This document shows positions 8,826 through 21,556 of a stretch of 64,000 bases of DNA, piece after piece; position 1 is the stretch's first letter, and each line of letters opens with the position of its first letter. The stretch is from Candidatus Aceula lacicola (lineage in GTDB: Bacteria; Omnitrophota; Gorgyraeia; Zapsychrales; Aceulaceae): contig JAVCCC010000048.1 of NCBI GenBank assembly GCA_030765785.1, positions 872 to 64,871 on the forward strand, written 5' to 3'. The notes below the pieces were generated by a model that saw nothing but the letters and a program-made list of their open reading frames with translations, searched no databases and was not told the origin of the DNA. Both the position numbers and the translations under genes were made by a program.

Positions 8826-9646
8826 CGTTGTTTGCTGATCTTCATATACATACAAATTATTCGGATAGTAGCTTAACGCCAACGGAAGTTGTTCGAGAAT
8901 CTTTGAATGCTGGGCTAAGCTGTATTGCAATTACAGACCACGATACATTCGAAGGTGTGGCTCCTGTTAAAAGGGCGGCTGATTCAAAGAAACTAGAAAT
9001 TATTTCTGGTGTTGAGTTTTCTTCTGAGCTAGATGGACAGGATATTCATATTCTGGGATATTGTCTTGATCATGAAAATAAAGCACTTTTGAATAAAATT
9101 GATGCGATGCAGAATGCGCGAATTACTCGCATTGAGAAAATGATTGAAAAGCTAAGAGGGGTTGGTGTTGACAATATTGAATTGGGAGAAGTTTGTTCTT
9201 TGACAAAAACGAAATCGGTAGGACGCCCTCATCTAGCATTTGTGTTGAAAAAGAAAAAATGGGTAACGTCTATCAGAGAAGCATTTGATCGGTTTTTGGC
9301 TGATGGCGCTGTGGCATATGTTAAGAAATATAAGCAAACACCTCAACAGATTGTTGATCTTATTCGATCGTCAGGTGGCGTGGCTGTTTTAGCGCATCCT
9401 ATGGCTACAAATCGTGATGAGATTATTCCTGGACTTGTTAAAGGGGGGCTTCAGGGGCTGGAAGTTTATTATCCAAATTGTTCCAGATCTGTGATTGAAT
9501 ACTATGAAAATTTGGGAAAGAAATATAAATTAATTTTAACAGGCGGATCTGATGCGCATGGAGAAGGAAAAGAAAATACATTTATCGGAAAAGCAAAAGT
9601 GCCATACGAAACAGTTGAGCAATTAAAAGCACTGGCAAGCAACTGA
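8822..9646 (+). CDS. PHP-domain phosphoesterase (TrpH/YciV-like)
   Basis: DLHIHT..SD, AITDHD, GVEFS, HILGY, GRPH, LAHP, TGGSDAHG. Confidence 0.9.
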   Translation: MTLFADLHIHTNYSDSSLTPTEVVRESLNAGLSCIAITDHDTFEGVAPVKRAADSKKLEIISGVEFSSELDGQDIHILGYCLDHENKALLNKIDAMQNARITRIEKMIEKLRGVGVDNIELGEVCSLTKTKSVGRPHLAFVLKKKKWVTSIREAFDRFLADGAVAYVKKYKQTPQQIVDLIRSSGGVAVLAHPMATNRDEIIPGLVKGGLQGLEVYYPNCSRSVIEYYENLGKKYKLILTGGSDAHGEGKENTFIGKAKVPYETVEQLKALASN

Positions 9647-9647
9647 T

Positions 9648-10742
9648 ATGAAATTAAATTCTGACATAACTTATATGAAGATGGCACTTGATCTTGCGCT
9701 TAAGGCAAAGGGTAAGACTTCGCCTAATCCAATGGTTGGAGCAGTTATTGTTAAAAATAATCGTGTTATTGCAAAAGGATATCACAAGCGTTGCGGGGCT
9801 GATCACGCAGAGAGTGAAGCTTTAAAAAAAGCAGGACGCCTTTCTAATGGTGCGAAAATGTATGTTACGCTTGAGCCATGTGGGCATTTTGGTCGAACAC
9901 CGCCTTGTGTTGATGCGATCATTAAATCTGGCATCAAGGAAGTTATAGTTGGAACAAAAGATCCTAATATGAAAAATAATGGCAAATCAATTCGAAAGCT
10001 TAATGGAGCTGGCATTAAAACAAGAGTAGGGATTTTGGTCGATGAGCTTCTTTTGGCAAATGAAGTTTTTTTAAAATATGTGAAAAAAGGAATGCCGTTT
10101 GTTGTTGTTAAGTGCGCTCAGACAATGGATGGAAAGATTGCAACTGCTAGTGGGCATTCTAAGTGGATTACAAGTAAGGAAACGCGAAAATTAACGCATC
10201 AGTGGCGCAATGATTTTGATTCAATTTTAGTTGGAATTAATACAGTTGTTAAAGATAATCCGTATTTAAACGCAACTCAGAAATCAAAGCAGCTAAAGAA
10301 GATCATTATTGATTCGAAATTAAGAATTTCTTTGAGTGCGAATTTGTTTAAAAAAACAAATTCGCACAATATCTATATCGCAACAACAAAAGCGGCAAGT
10401 ATTAAGAAGATAGAAAGTTTTATAAAAAAGGGTGTGCATGTTGTTGTGTGTTCAGATAAGGACGGGCGTGTAGACTTAAAGAAGTTTTTTAAAGTTTTGG
10501 CGAAGAATGAAATAACGAGCGTTCTTGTTGAAGGAGGAGCGACTATTATAGGCAGTATTTTAAAGCAAAAACTTGCGGATAAAATATGGATTTTGATTGC
10601 GCCAAAGATTGTTGGAGATCAAGAGGCAAAAAGTTCAATTGCAGGACTTGGGATAAAAAATGTTAATCGTTCTTTAAAATTAAGCAATATACGTTTAAAA
10701 TGTTTTAAAAGCGATATTTTTATTGAAGCATATATAGGATAA
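9648..10742 (+). CDS. ribD: Bifunctional pyrimidine deaminase/reductase RibD
   Basis: PNPMVG, HAE, TLEPC..GRTPPC, DGKIA, SKWIT, VLVEGG. Confidence 0.96.
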   Translation: MKLNSDITYMKMALDLALKAKGKTSPNPMVGAVIVKNNRVIAKGYHKRCGADHAESEALKKAGRLSNGAKMYVTLEPCGHFGRTPPCVDAIIKSGIKEVIVGTKDPNMKNNGKSIRKLNGAGIKTRVGILVDELLLANEVFLKYVKKGMPFVVVKCAQTMDGKIATASGHSKWITSKETRKLTHQWRNDFDSILVGINTVVKDNPYLNATQKSKQLKKIIIDSKLRISLSANLFKKTNSHNIYIATTKAASIKKIESFIKKGVHVVVCSDKDGRVDLKKFFKVLAKNEITSVLVEGGATIIGSILKQKLADKIWILIAPKIVGDQEAKSSIAGLGIKNVNRSLKLSNIRLKCFKSDIFIEAYIG

Positions 10743-10763
10743 GTTTTAACCGAAAGGATTTTG

Positions 10764-11375
10764 ATGTTTTCAGGAATTGTTGAAGAAAAAGGTATTGTTC
10801 AAAAGATTGAGCGAAAAGAAAATTTAATTGTTTTATCCGTTAAAGCTAAGAAAGTTTTAAGAGGAATTAAAATCGGCGATAGCATTTCTACCGATGGCGT
10901 TTGCCTTACTGTAACGAAATTAAAAAAAGATGTTTTTACTTTTGATATCATGAAAGAAACAATGGATAAGACAACCTTGAAATATTTAGAAGTTGGGAGC
11001 AAGGTTAATCTTGAGGGTGCGCTTCGCGTTAATGATCGGCTGGGAGGCCATTTTGTATCAGGCCATATTGATGGGGTTGGGATAATTAAGAAAAGAATAT
11101 CAATGGAAAATTATGAAGAATTTCAAGTAACGATTCCTAAAAAACTTGCACGTTATTTGGCGGCTAAGGGTTCGGTTTGTATTGACGGGATTAGCTTGAC
11201 CCTTGGCGAAGTAAAGGGAAATATGTTTTCTGTTTATATTATTCCTCATACGCTCAAGGTGACAACATTGGGTTTTAAAAAAGATAAAGATAAAGTGAAT
11301 ATTGAAACAGATCTTCTGGCAAAATATATTTTGTCTGCGCGCGAACAAGATTTAATTCTTAGAAAGAGTAAATAA
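10764..11375 (+). CDS. ribE: Riboflavin synthase (alpha chain)
   Basis: N-terminal MFSGIVE, DGVCLT, GGHFVSGHID, KGSVCIDGISLT, VNIETD. Confidence 0.95.
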   Translation: MFSGIVEEKGIVQKIERKENLIVLSVKAKKVLRGIKIGDSISTDGVCLTVTKLKKDVFTFDIMKETMDKTTLKYLEVGSKVNLEGALRVNDRLGGHFVSGHIDGVGIIKKRISMENYEEFQVTIPKKLARYLAAKGSVCIDGISLTLGEVKGNMFSVYIIPHTLKVTTLGFKKDKDKVNIETDLLAKYILSAREQDLILRKSK

Positions 11376-11383
11376 ATTAAATA

Positions 11384-12622
11384 ATGAAAAAAAGAATTCT
11401 TATAACAGGGTTTGGCATTTTATCGAGTATCGGCAAGGGACGCCAAGAGTACTGGAAGTCTCTTAGAGAAGGAAAACCAGGCTGGGCTTCGGTGACTTTA
11501 TTTGATACTTCTGATCTTATGGTTCATCAGGCCGGAGAGGTTAAAGATTTTGATCCAAAGGTGTATATGGGTCAAAAAGGTTTACGGTCGCTTGATCGCA
11601 GCACAAAGTTATTGGTTTCTGCAGCAAAACTTGCCATTGAAGATAGTCAATTTACCATTACTGAAGAAAATACGGATGATTTAGGCGTGTCTGTTGGGAC
11701 AACTTTAGGAAGCGTTAAGAGTATTAGTGATTTTCAAGAAGTCACTTTGCGTGAAGGCCCTCGCTATACCAATCCAGCTTTATTTCCAAACACAGTTATT
11801 AATTCTCCTGCTAGCCAAGTTTCCATTTGGCACAACATTAAAGGATTTAATTCGACTATTTCAACTGGGTTTACAGCTAGTCTTGATGCAATGAAATATG
11901 CATATGATTTTATTCAGCTTGATAGGGTTAAGATGGTGTATGTAGGTGGAGTTGAGGAAATGTGTCGACAAACATTTCTTGGATTTCATGCGCTTAAGTT
12001 TTTGTCGGGATCAATAGAAAATAGTCAGTTTATTAGCTGTCCTTTTGATAAGAGAAGAAATGGTATTGTTTTTTCTGAGGGCGCGTGTTTGTTGGCGATG
12101 GAAAATTATGATCACGCGATTAAGCGTAAAGCACCTGTTTTAGGAGAAATTTTAGGATTTGGAACAAGTTTTGATCCGTATCGAATTAATAAATATAATC
12201 CAAAAGCAGAGGGATTGCAGCGTGCGATTCAGCTTGCCCTAAAAGAATCAAATCTTAAAACAACGGATATTGATTTTATTGTGTCAAATGCAAATTCAAC
12301 GCCGTCAGCCGATCGCATCGAGACTTTTGCTATTAAAGAAGTTTTTCAGGAACATGCTTATAAAATTCTTATCAGCGCGCCAAAGTCGATGACTGGTGAA
12401 TCTTTTAGTGTTTCGGGTGCACTTTCAGTGTCTGCAGCTCTATCGGTTTTTGATGATGATTCTATTTTTCCAACAATCAATTATAGGAAAAAAGATGTTG
12501 ATTGTGATTTAGATTATGTTGTGAATAAATCACGAAAAGCAAAGGTTAACAATGTTCTTGTGATTATCGCATCGCCAAGTGGAAACAATACGTGCGTGGT
12601 GTTGAGGAGGTTTATAAAATGA
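11384..12622 (+). CDS. Beta-ketoacyl-ACP synthase-like protein lacking the catalytic triad (chain-length-factor-like)
   Basis: FabF fold motifs (ITGFG, PFD.RRNG...SEGA, KSMTG) but F163, N302 and E339 where FabF has Cys, His, His. Confidence 0.85.
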   Translation: MKKRILITGFGILSSIGKGRQEYWKSLREGKPGWASVTLFDTSDLMVHQAGEVKDFDPKVYMGQKGLRSLDRSTKLLVSAAKLAIEDSQFTITEENTDDLGVSVGTTLGSVKSISDFQEVTLREGPRYTNPALFPNTVINSPASQVSIWHNIKGFNSTISTGFTASLDAMKYAYDFIQLDRVKMVYVGGVEEMCRQTFLGFHALKFLSGSIENSQFISCPFDKRRNGIVFSEGACLLAMENYDHAIKRKAPVLGEILGFGTSFDPYRINKYNPKAEGLQRAIQLALKESNLKTTDIDFIVSNANSTPSADRIETFAIKEVFQEHAYKILISAPKSMTGESFSVSGALSVSAALSVFDDDSIFPTINYRKKDVDCDLDYVVNKSRKAKVNNVLVIIASPSGNNTCVVLRRFIK

Positions 12623-13368
12623 ATTTGATAAAAGGCAAGGTTGCAATTGTAACAGGTGGTTCCAGAGGAATTGGTCGCGCAATTTGTTTAATGCTGGCTG
12701 GTCAAGGTTGTCATGTCGTATTTAATTATGCTAAAAACAAGGAAGCTGCGTCTGCGCTTGAAAAAGAGATTAAAGCGCTTGGGGTAAAAGTAAAGGCATC
12801 GCAAGTCGATATCAAAGATTTTGATAAAGTGAAGGAGTGGATTGAAAGTATTAAGAAAGAATTTGGTACGTTCCATCTCTTGATAAATAATGCAGGCATC
12901 ATCGCTGATAAAGCGTTAATGCTAATGGCGCAGGAAGACTGGCAAAACGTTATCGATACAAATTTGACAGGGGTTTTTAATATTACGCGTTGTTGTATTA
13001 CGACTTTCTTAAAACAAAAAGAGGGTAACGTTATTAATGTTTCTTCGGTTAGCGGGAAGATTGGTTTGCCAGGACAGGTTAATTATTCGGCGAGCAAAGG
13101 AGGGCTGGATGCCTTTACCAAAGCGTTAGCTAAAGAGGTGGCTGCATACAATGTGCGAGTCAATAGTGTTGCACCTGGTTTTATTGAAACAGATATTTTA
13201 AAAGAGTTTTCCTCAGAAGAGCGCGAAAAGATTAATAAGCTGATCCCAATGGGAAGGGCGGGAACGCCTGAAGACGTGGCTGGATGTGTTAAGTTTTTGT
13301 TGAGTCCAGAAGCACAATATATTATTGGAGAAAATATTCAGATGGATGGTGGATTAGCCATTCGATAA
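12619..13368 (+). CDS. fabG: 3-oxoacyl-ACP reductase
   Basis: TGGSRGIG, NNAGI, YSASK, VAPGFIETD; RBS GAGGAGG supports ATG 12619. Confidence 0.9.
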   Translation: MNLIKGKVAIVTGGSRGIGRAICLMLAGQGCHVVFNYAKNKEAASALEKEIKALGVKVKASQVDIKDFDKVKEWIESIKKEFGTFHLLINNAGIIADKALMLMAQEDWQNVIDTNLTGVFNITRCCITTFLKQKEGNVINVSSVSGKIGLPGQVNYSASKGGLDAFTKALAKEVAAYNVRVNSVAPGFIETDILKEFSSEEREKINKLIPMGRAGTPEDVAGCVKFLLSPEAQYIIGENIQMDGGLAIR

Positions 13369-13380
13369 AGGAGAGGTTTT

Positions 13381-13815
13381 ATGCAATTAAATATTCAAGA
13401 AATTAAAAAAATTATTCCGCATCGATTTCCATTTTTGCTCATAGATCGTGTTGTTGATCTTGTTCCAAACGAGAAACTTGTTGCGATTAAAAACGTGACT
13501 GCCAATGAGCATTTTTTTGAAGGACATTTTCCAAATGAAAAAGTGATGCCAGGGGTCCTCATTTTGGAGGCTATGGCGCAGGCAGGATGTATTTATTTTT
13601 ATTATAGTCGCGATCTTCAAGGAAAAAATCTTTATTATTATCTTGGTAAGGCAACTGTTAAGTATTTCGCACCTGTTGTTCCGGGTGATCAGCTTAAAAT
13701 AGAGGTCACCACTATTAAGTTTTTGAAGAACACCGGGGTTGTCAAGACTCAGGCTTTTGTTGGAGAGAAGCTTGTCACCGAAGCCGAGATTGTTTTTTCA
13801 ACCAAAGAAGCTTAA
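13381..13815 (+). CDS. fabZ: 3-hydroxyacyl-ACP dehydratase
   Basis: PHRFPFLLIDR, KNVT.NE.FF.GHFP, MPGVLILEAMAQ, PVVPGD. Confidence 0.93.
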   Translation: MQLNIQEIKKIIPHRFPFLLIDRVVDLVPNEKLVAIKNVTANEHFFEGHFPNEKVMPGVLILEAMAQAGCIYFYYSRDLQGKNLYYYLGKATVKYFAPVVPGDQLKIEVTTIKFLKNTGVVKTQAFVGEKLVTEAEIVFSTKEA

Positions 13816-13834
13816 ATTTCTTCAAAATCCTCAA

Positions 13835-13863
13835 TTGACTCATCTTTCTTTAAGTGATAAACT
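13835..13863 (+). promoter_or_regulatory. Promoter for tRNA-Pro
   Basis: TTGACT (13835-13840), 17 bp, TAAACT (13858-13863) preceded by extended -10 TG. Confidence 0.6.
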
Positions 13864-13913
13864 ATTGAAAAATATCATTATTGTTAACTTCGTGAACATA
13901 AAACACGATAAAA

Positions 13914-13988
13914 CGGGAAGTAGCGCAGCCTGGCTAGCGCGCAACGTTCGGGACGTTGAGGTCGTGGGTTCAAGTTCCACCTTCCCGA
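13914..13988 (+). tRNA. tRNA-Pro(CGG), CCA not encoded
   Basis: Acceptor CGGGAAG/CTTCCCG + A73; anticodon arm CAACG-TTCGGGA-CGTTG; T arm GTGGG-TTCAAGT-TCCAC. Confidence 0.96.
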
Positions 13989-13996
13989 TTTAATTT

Positions 13997-14272
13997 ATGG
14001 TACAAGCAAGTATTTTTTATTCTGGAGTTGTTCAAGGTGTTGGATTTCGTTATACAACGCAACGAATTGCGTTAGGTTTAAGCCTATGCGGTTGGGTTAG
14101 AAATCTTTCAGATGGTCGGGTTGAAGTTTTAGCTGAGGGACCTAAAGAAAAAATTGAGCAATTGATAGTTGAGCTTAATGAGCACTTTTTACAGGATATA
14201 AAAAATCATCAGATTAATTATTATTCGGTTACAGGAAAGCATTATGGATTTTCTGTCGCACCAACATATTAG
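13997..14272 (+). CDS. acyP: Acylphosphatase
   Basis: GVVQGVGFR and GWVRNL.DGRVE motifs. Confidence 0.93.
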   Translation: MVQASIFYSGVVQGVGFRYTTQRIALGLSLCGWVRNLSDGRVEVLAEGPKEKIEQLIVELNEHFLQDIKNHQINYYSVTGKHYGFSVAPTY

Positions 14273-14289
14273 ATTGAGGTAAGTTTTTT

Positions 14290-17544
<3,255 letters not shown>

Positions 17545-17553
17545 GCGTTTTTT

Positions 17554-18441
17554 ATGAAAGATTATCTTCAGGAATTTCTTAACCATTTATTTGTCGAGCG
17601 AGGGTTAGCTAAAAATACAATTATGGCTTATCAGCGGGACCTTATGCAATATGTTCAACATTTTTCTCGTAAAGGCATCAAAGATCCAGATGCGATCAAG
17701 AGAAGCGATATCACAGGATATATGCAAAAGCAAAAGACACGAGGTCTTTCGTCTAGCTCGATTTGTCGTAGCTTGGCAGCGATACGAATGTTTCATCGGT
17801 TTTTGGCTCGAGAGCGACTGGCTAAAGAAGATCCGACTCATCTTTTGGAAACTCCAAAGATGTGGCAGAGAATCCCAGATGTCTTAACAGTAAGCGAAAT
17901 TGAAGAGATTATTAAGACTTCTCAAGGGCGCAAGTGGCAACAGATTCGAGACAATGCTATTTTGGAGCTTTTGTATGCAAGCGGTATGCGTGTCTCTGAG
18001 CTTGTTGATTTGAAGGTGGAGAATGTTAATACGGAAATCGGATATGTTCGATGTATTGGAAAAGGTCAGAAAGAGCGCATTATTCCGATTGGACGAAAGG
18101 CAAGAGATTCCGTTGTTAAGTATTTAGAAAAAGTCCGAGGTAAACTTGTCAAAACAGATTTTAATTTTTCTTTATTTGTAAGTCGTTTGGGAAAGAAGAT
18201 AAGTCGTCAGAGTATTTGGAAAATTATTAAGCGTTATGCAAAGTTTGCAAAAATAAAGAAGGAAATTAAGCCGCACACATTTCGTCATTCTTTCGCAACT
18301 CATCTTTTAGAGCATGGCGCAGATTTAAGATCTGTTCAGGAGATGCTGGGACATTCTGATATATCAACAACGCAGATTTATACTCATGTTGATAGAGAGC
18401 GACTAAAATCGATTCATAAACAGTTTCATCCAAGGCCGTAG
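17554..18441 (+). CDS. xerD: Site-specific tyrosine recombinase XerD
   Basis: ERGLAKNT..AY, LYASGMRVSEL, GKGQKER, HTFRHSFATH, VQEMLGH..ISTTQIYTHV, HPR end. Confidence 0.93.
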   Translation: MKDYLQEFLNHLFVERGLAKNTIMAYQRDLMQYVQHFSRKGIKDPDAIKRSDITGYMQKQKTRGLSSSSICRSLAAIRMFHRFLARERLAKEDPTHLLETPKMWQRIPDVLTVSEIEEIIKTSQGRKWQQIRDNAILELLYASGMRVSELVDLKVENVNTEIGYVRCIGKGQKERIIPIGRKARDSVVKYLEKVRGKLVKTDFNFSLFVSRLGKKISRQSIWKIIKRYAKFAKIKKEIKPHTFRHSFATHLLEHGADLRSVQEMLGHSDISTTQIYTHVDRERLKSIHKQFHPRP

Positions 18442-18442
18442 A

Positions 18443-19534
18443 ATGACAAAAATATGTTTTAAGAAATTGCCAGGTAATATTTTAAGCTTGATCAAGAGCA
18501 TTGGAGCGCATGCCGATAAAAAGAACATTTCAGCATATCTTGTTGGTGGAATTGTACGTGATTTAATCGTGGGAAAAGAAAACTTTGACATTGATGTTGT
18601 TTTAGAGATTAATGCTATTGATTTTGCAAAAGCATTCGCTGAAAAGAATAATTTTTCTTTTATTGCGTATCCAAAGTTTATGACGGCAACAGTATTTCAA
18701 GAAAATGGTGTTCGGATTGATTTTGCAACTGCGCGAAAAGAAAAATATTCTTCACCTGGCGCACTTCCAGATGTTTTGCCTGCAACAATTCAAACTGATC
18801 TTTTTCGAAGAGATTTTACTATTAATGCGATGGCTGTTTCTATTAATGAAAAGAAATTTGGTGAAATTATTGATTTTTATGATGGACAGGGAGATTTAGA
18901 GAAAAAGAAGATTAGAGTATTTCATGATAAAAGTTTTATTGAAGATCCGACTCGAATTTTAAGAGCTGTTCGCTTTGAACAGCGTCTTGATTTTGAAATA
19001 GAGCCTGATACAAAAAAGTGTTTAAGAAATTCTCTAAAAAAGAATATTATTCAGAGTGTGACCTTAGGAAGATATTTTGAGGAATTTAAGAAGATTTGTG
19101 AAGAGAAAAATCCTGTTAAATGCTGGAAGAGGTTGTCTGAGCTGGATGCATTAAAAGAAATTTTTCCAGATTTCTGCTTGAGCGAAGATCGAAATAAATT
19201 GCTTAATTTGGTTGAAGAGTATTTTAGCAGTTTGAGGGTAGAGAATTTTTTGTTGTCTCGATGGCTTGTTTATCTTATGGCGTTTGTTGATGATGTTTCT
19301 TTAGATGATACGAGAGATTCTTTGAATAAGCTTTTAATTGCAAGAAAAGATCAGCAGAAAATTCTTTCTTCTAAGACAGAATTTGATATTGTAAAAAGGG
19401 TGTCTTGTGAGAAAGTAAGCGTAGATCAAGCGCAGCGTGTTTTAAAATCTTTGAGCAGAGAAGAGTTGGTCTTTTTTTACTGCAAGAGCGATGATTTTTC
19501 TGTCAAAGAATATATCAAAAGATTTTTAATTTAA
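18443..19534 (+). CDS. tRNA nucleotidyltransferase (CCA/poly(A) polymerase family)
   Basis: VGGIVRD, DIDVV, ATARKEKY, RRDFTINAMA, EDPTRILRAVRF. Confidence 0.88.
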   Translation: MTKICFKKLPGNILSLIKSIGAHADKKNISAYLVGGIVRDLIVGKENFDIDVVLEINAIDFAKAFAEKNNFSFIAYPKFMTATVFQENGVRIDFATARKEKYSSPGALPDVLPATIQTDLFRRDFTINAMAVSINEKKFGEIIDFYDGQGDLEKKKIRVFHDKSFIEDPTRILRAVRFEQRLDFEIEPDTKKCLRNSLKKNIIQSVTLGRYFEEFKKICEEKNPVKCWKRLSELDALKEIFPDFCLSEDRNKLLNLVEEYFSSLRVENFLLSRWLVYLMAFVDDVSLDDTRDSLNKLLIARKDQQKILSSKTEFDIVKRVSCEKVSVDQAQRVLKSLSREELVFFYCKSDDFSVKEYIKRFLI

Positions 19535-19564
19535 TATTATAACTATGACATTGAAGGAGATTTT

Positions 19565-19906
19565 ATGGAACGAATGGATCGCGTTAATCAAATGGTAAAA
19601 AGAGAAGTTTGCAATATTGTTCAGAGAGAGATGGAAGATCCAAGGCTTCACCTGGTTTCGATTAGCCGAATTGAAGTGAGTCGGGATTTAAAGCATGCAA
19701 AGGTGTATTTTAGTGTTTTAGGAGAAGAGGAAAAAGTTGAAAAAGCACAGGATGCTCTTAATAGCGCACGTAATCTTATTCGAAAACGCGTTGCGCAAAG
19801 AGTGCGTTTAAAATTTATCCCAGAGTTTGATTTTTATTATGACAAGTCTTTAGGCTTTAACATTGAACTTGAAAAGGAAGTAGAAAGGTTGAACAATGAA
19901 CATTAA
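19565..19906 (+). CDS. rbfA: Ribosome-binding factor A
   Basis: R.DRV, DPRL, VSRDLKHAKVYFS, PE..FYYD. Confidence 0.93.
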   Translation: MERMDRVNQMVKREVCNIVQREMEDPRLHLVSISRIEVSRDLKHAKVYFSVLGEEEKVEKAQDALNSARNLIRKRVAQRVRLKFIPEFDFYYDKSLGFNIELEKEVERLNNEH

Positions 19907-20852
19907 TAAAATCTCTAACGTGATTAAGAAATCGAAAAGAGTTTTAATTACGACTCATATTAATTCAGATTTAGATGCGCTTTCTTGCGAACTTGTCATG
20001 GCGCGTTATTTGAAGTCGATTGGCAAGAAAGTTTTAATTGCTAATGCGGATTCTTTGCCTGATATGTATCGATTTTTAAAAGGTGGAAATCAGATTAAGA
20101 AGACAAAGAAATTATCTGGTAACTATGATTTAATATTTGTTTTTGATTGCGGAGATTTAAATCGGATAGGATGCGTTAAGGATATTTTACCTAAAGGTGT
20201 TCCGATTGTTAATATTGATCATCATGTGACAAATAAATCGTTTGGTACATATAACCTAGTTAAGCCAAAAGCGTCATCGAGCGCTGAGGTTTTGTTTGAG
20301 TTTTTAATAAAAGAAAAGTTTGTACTCAACAAGGACACCGCTGAGCTTCTTTATCTAGGAATTTTAACTGACACAGGATCTTTTCGGTATCAAAGCACAA
20401 CAGCATATACGCATGAAATCATAGCAAAGCTTTTAGGGTTTAATCTTTCTGTTTCGAACTTATATAGCAAGGCTTATGAGAATTTAAGGGCTGATGATTT
20501 AAGAATTTTAATTGAAGCTTTAAAAAGTTTTTCGTCTTATAAAGGTGGGAAAATTCTTTTTGTTGATTTGAAGAAAAGAGTTTTGAAGAAAGTTGGAGAT
20601 AAATTTGATTTAAGAGATAAGATTTTTTCTCTTCTTCGAATGATTAAGGATACCGAGGCTGTTGTTATTTTTTCAGAGGATTCATCGAAGCTAACGAAGG
20701 TTAATTTTAGATCTTCTGGAAAAGTTAATGTGGCATTTGTTGCTGGGCAACATGGAGGAGGAGGCCATAAAGCTGCAAGCGGTTGTCGATATTCAGGTAA
20801 TTTAAAGAATGCTAAAAAAGATATTTTAGCTCTTTTGAAAAAACAGTTTTAG
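19896..20852 (+). CDS. nrnA: DHH/DHHA1 oligoribonuclease / pAp phosphatase (NrnA-like)
   Basis: THINSDLDA, NIDHH, GILTDTGSF, GGGGH..ASG; canonical rbfA-DHH-truB-ribF order. Confidence 0.85.
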   Translation: MNINKISNVIKKSKRVLITTHINSDLDALSCELVMARYLKSIGKKVLIANADSLPDMYRFLKGGNQIKKTKKLSGNYDLIFVFDCGDLNRIGCVKDILPKGVPIVNIDHHVTNKSFGTYNLVKPKASSSAEVLFEFLIKEKFVLNKDTAELLYLGILTDTGSFRYQSTTAYTHEIIAKLLGFNLSVSNLYSKAYENLRADDLRILIEALKSFSSYKGGKILFVDLKKRVLKKVGDKFDLRDKIFSLLRMIKDTEAVVIFSEDSSKLTKVNFRSSGKVNVAFVAGQHGGGGHKAASGCRYSGNLKNAKKDILALLKKQF

Positions 20853-20866
20853 AATATAAGGATAAA

Positions 20867-21556
20867 ATGATTAATGGTATTTTAGTTATTAATAAGCCTT
20901 CTGATATGACATCTCATGATGTTGTTGATGTTATTCGTCGAAAATTTAAGATGAAGCGAGTAGGTCATGCGGGAACTCTTGATCCTTTAGCAACCGGTGT
21001 TTTGGTTATGTTGCTTGGAAAAGCAACAAAGAAGTTTGTTGAGTTTTCATCTTTTGATAAAGCTTATTTGGCTACTATGGCGCTTGGCCGGACGACGGAT
21101 ACCGCGGATATCAGAGGAAAGGTGATTGGTGAGAAACCATTTGATCATATTGATGAAAAATCGTTTCGAAATGTACTAAAAAATTTTATTGGAGAGATTG
21201 ATCAAATTCCTCCGATGGTTTCTGCTCTGAAGTACAAGGGAAAACGTTTGTATCAGCTTGCTAGAGAAGGTGTAAAGGTTGATCTTAAGCCTAGGCGTAT
21301 TTGTATTTCATCGCTTGATCTTATTGATTTTTCTCTTCCGAATGCAAAGATTTTTTTGGAGTGCTCCAAGGGAACCTATGTTCGAAAAATCGCTGAGGAT
21401 ATCGGTACGCTTTTGGGTTGCGGCGCGTGCATTACTCAAATTCATCGAACAAAAGTTGGGCCTTTTGACATCAAAGAGGCTAAGGATCTGAAAGATATAT
21501 CTGTTGCAGATGTTCAAAATATAAATGAGAATGATAAAATTGTTTATAGATTATGA
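20867..21556 (+). CDS. truB: tRNA pseudouridine(55) synthase
   Basis: KP..MTSHDVV, GHAGTLDPLATGVL, QIPPM.SALK, CSKGTYVR. Confidence 0.96.
   Translation: MINGILVINKPSDMTSHDVVDVIRRKFKMKRVGHAGTLDPLATGVLVMLLGKATKKFVEFSSFDKAYLATMALGRTTDTADIRGKVIGEKPFDHIDEKSFRNVLKNFIGEIDQIPPMVSALKYKGKRLYQLAREGVKVDLKPRRICISSLDLIDFSLPNAKIFLECSKGTYVRKIAEDIGTLLGCGACITQIHRTKVGPFDIKEAKDLKDISVADVQNINENDKIVYRL

Noticed and set aside
13739-13993. 84-aa ORF from the track
   Set aside because: It overlaps the fabZ end, a promoter and the tRNA-Pro gene; spurious.
17554-18441. Prophage or island integrase
   Set aside because: Sequence is typical housekeeping XerD among core genes, with no att repeats or phage genes.
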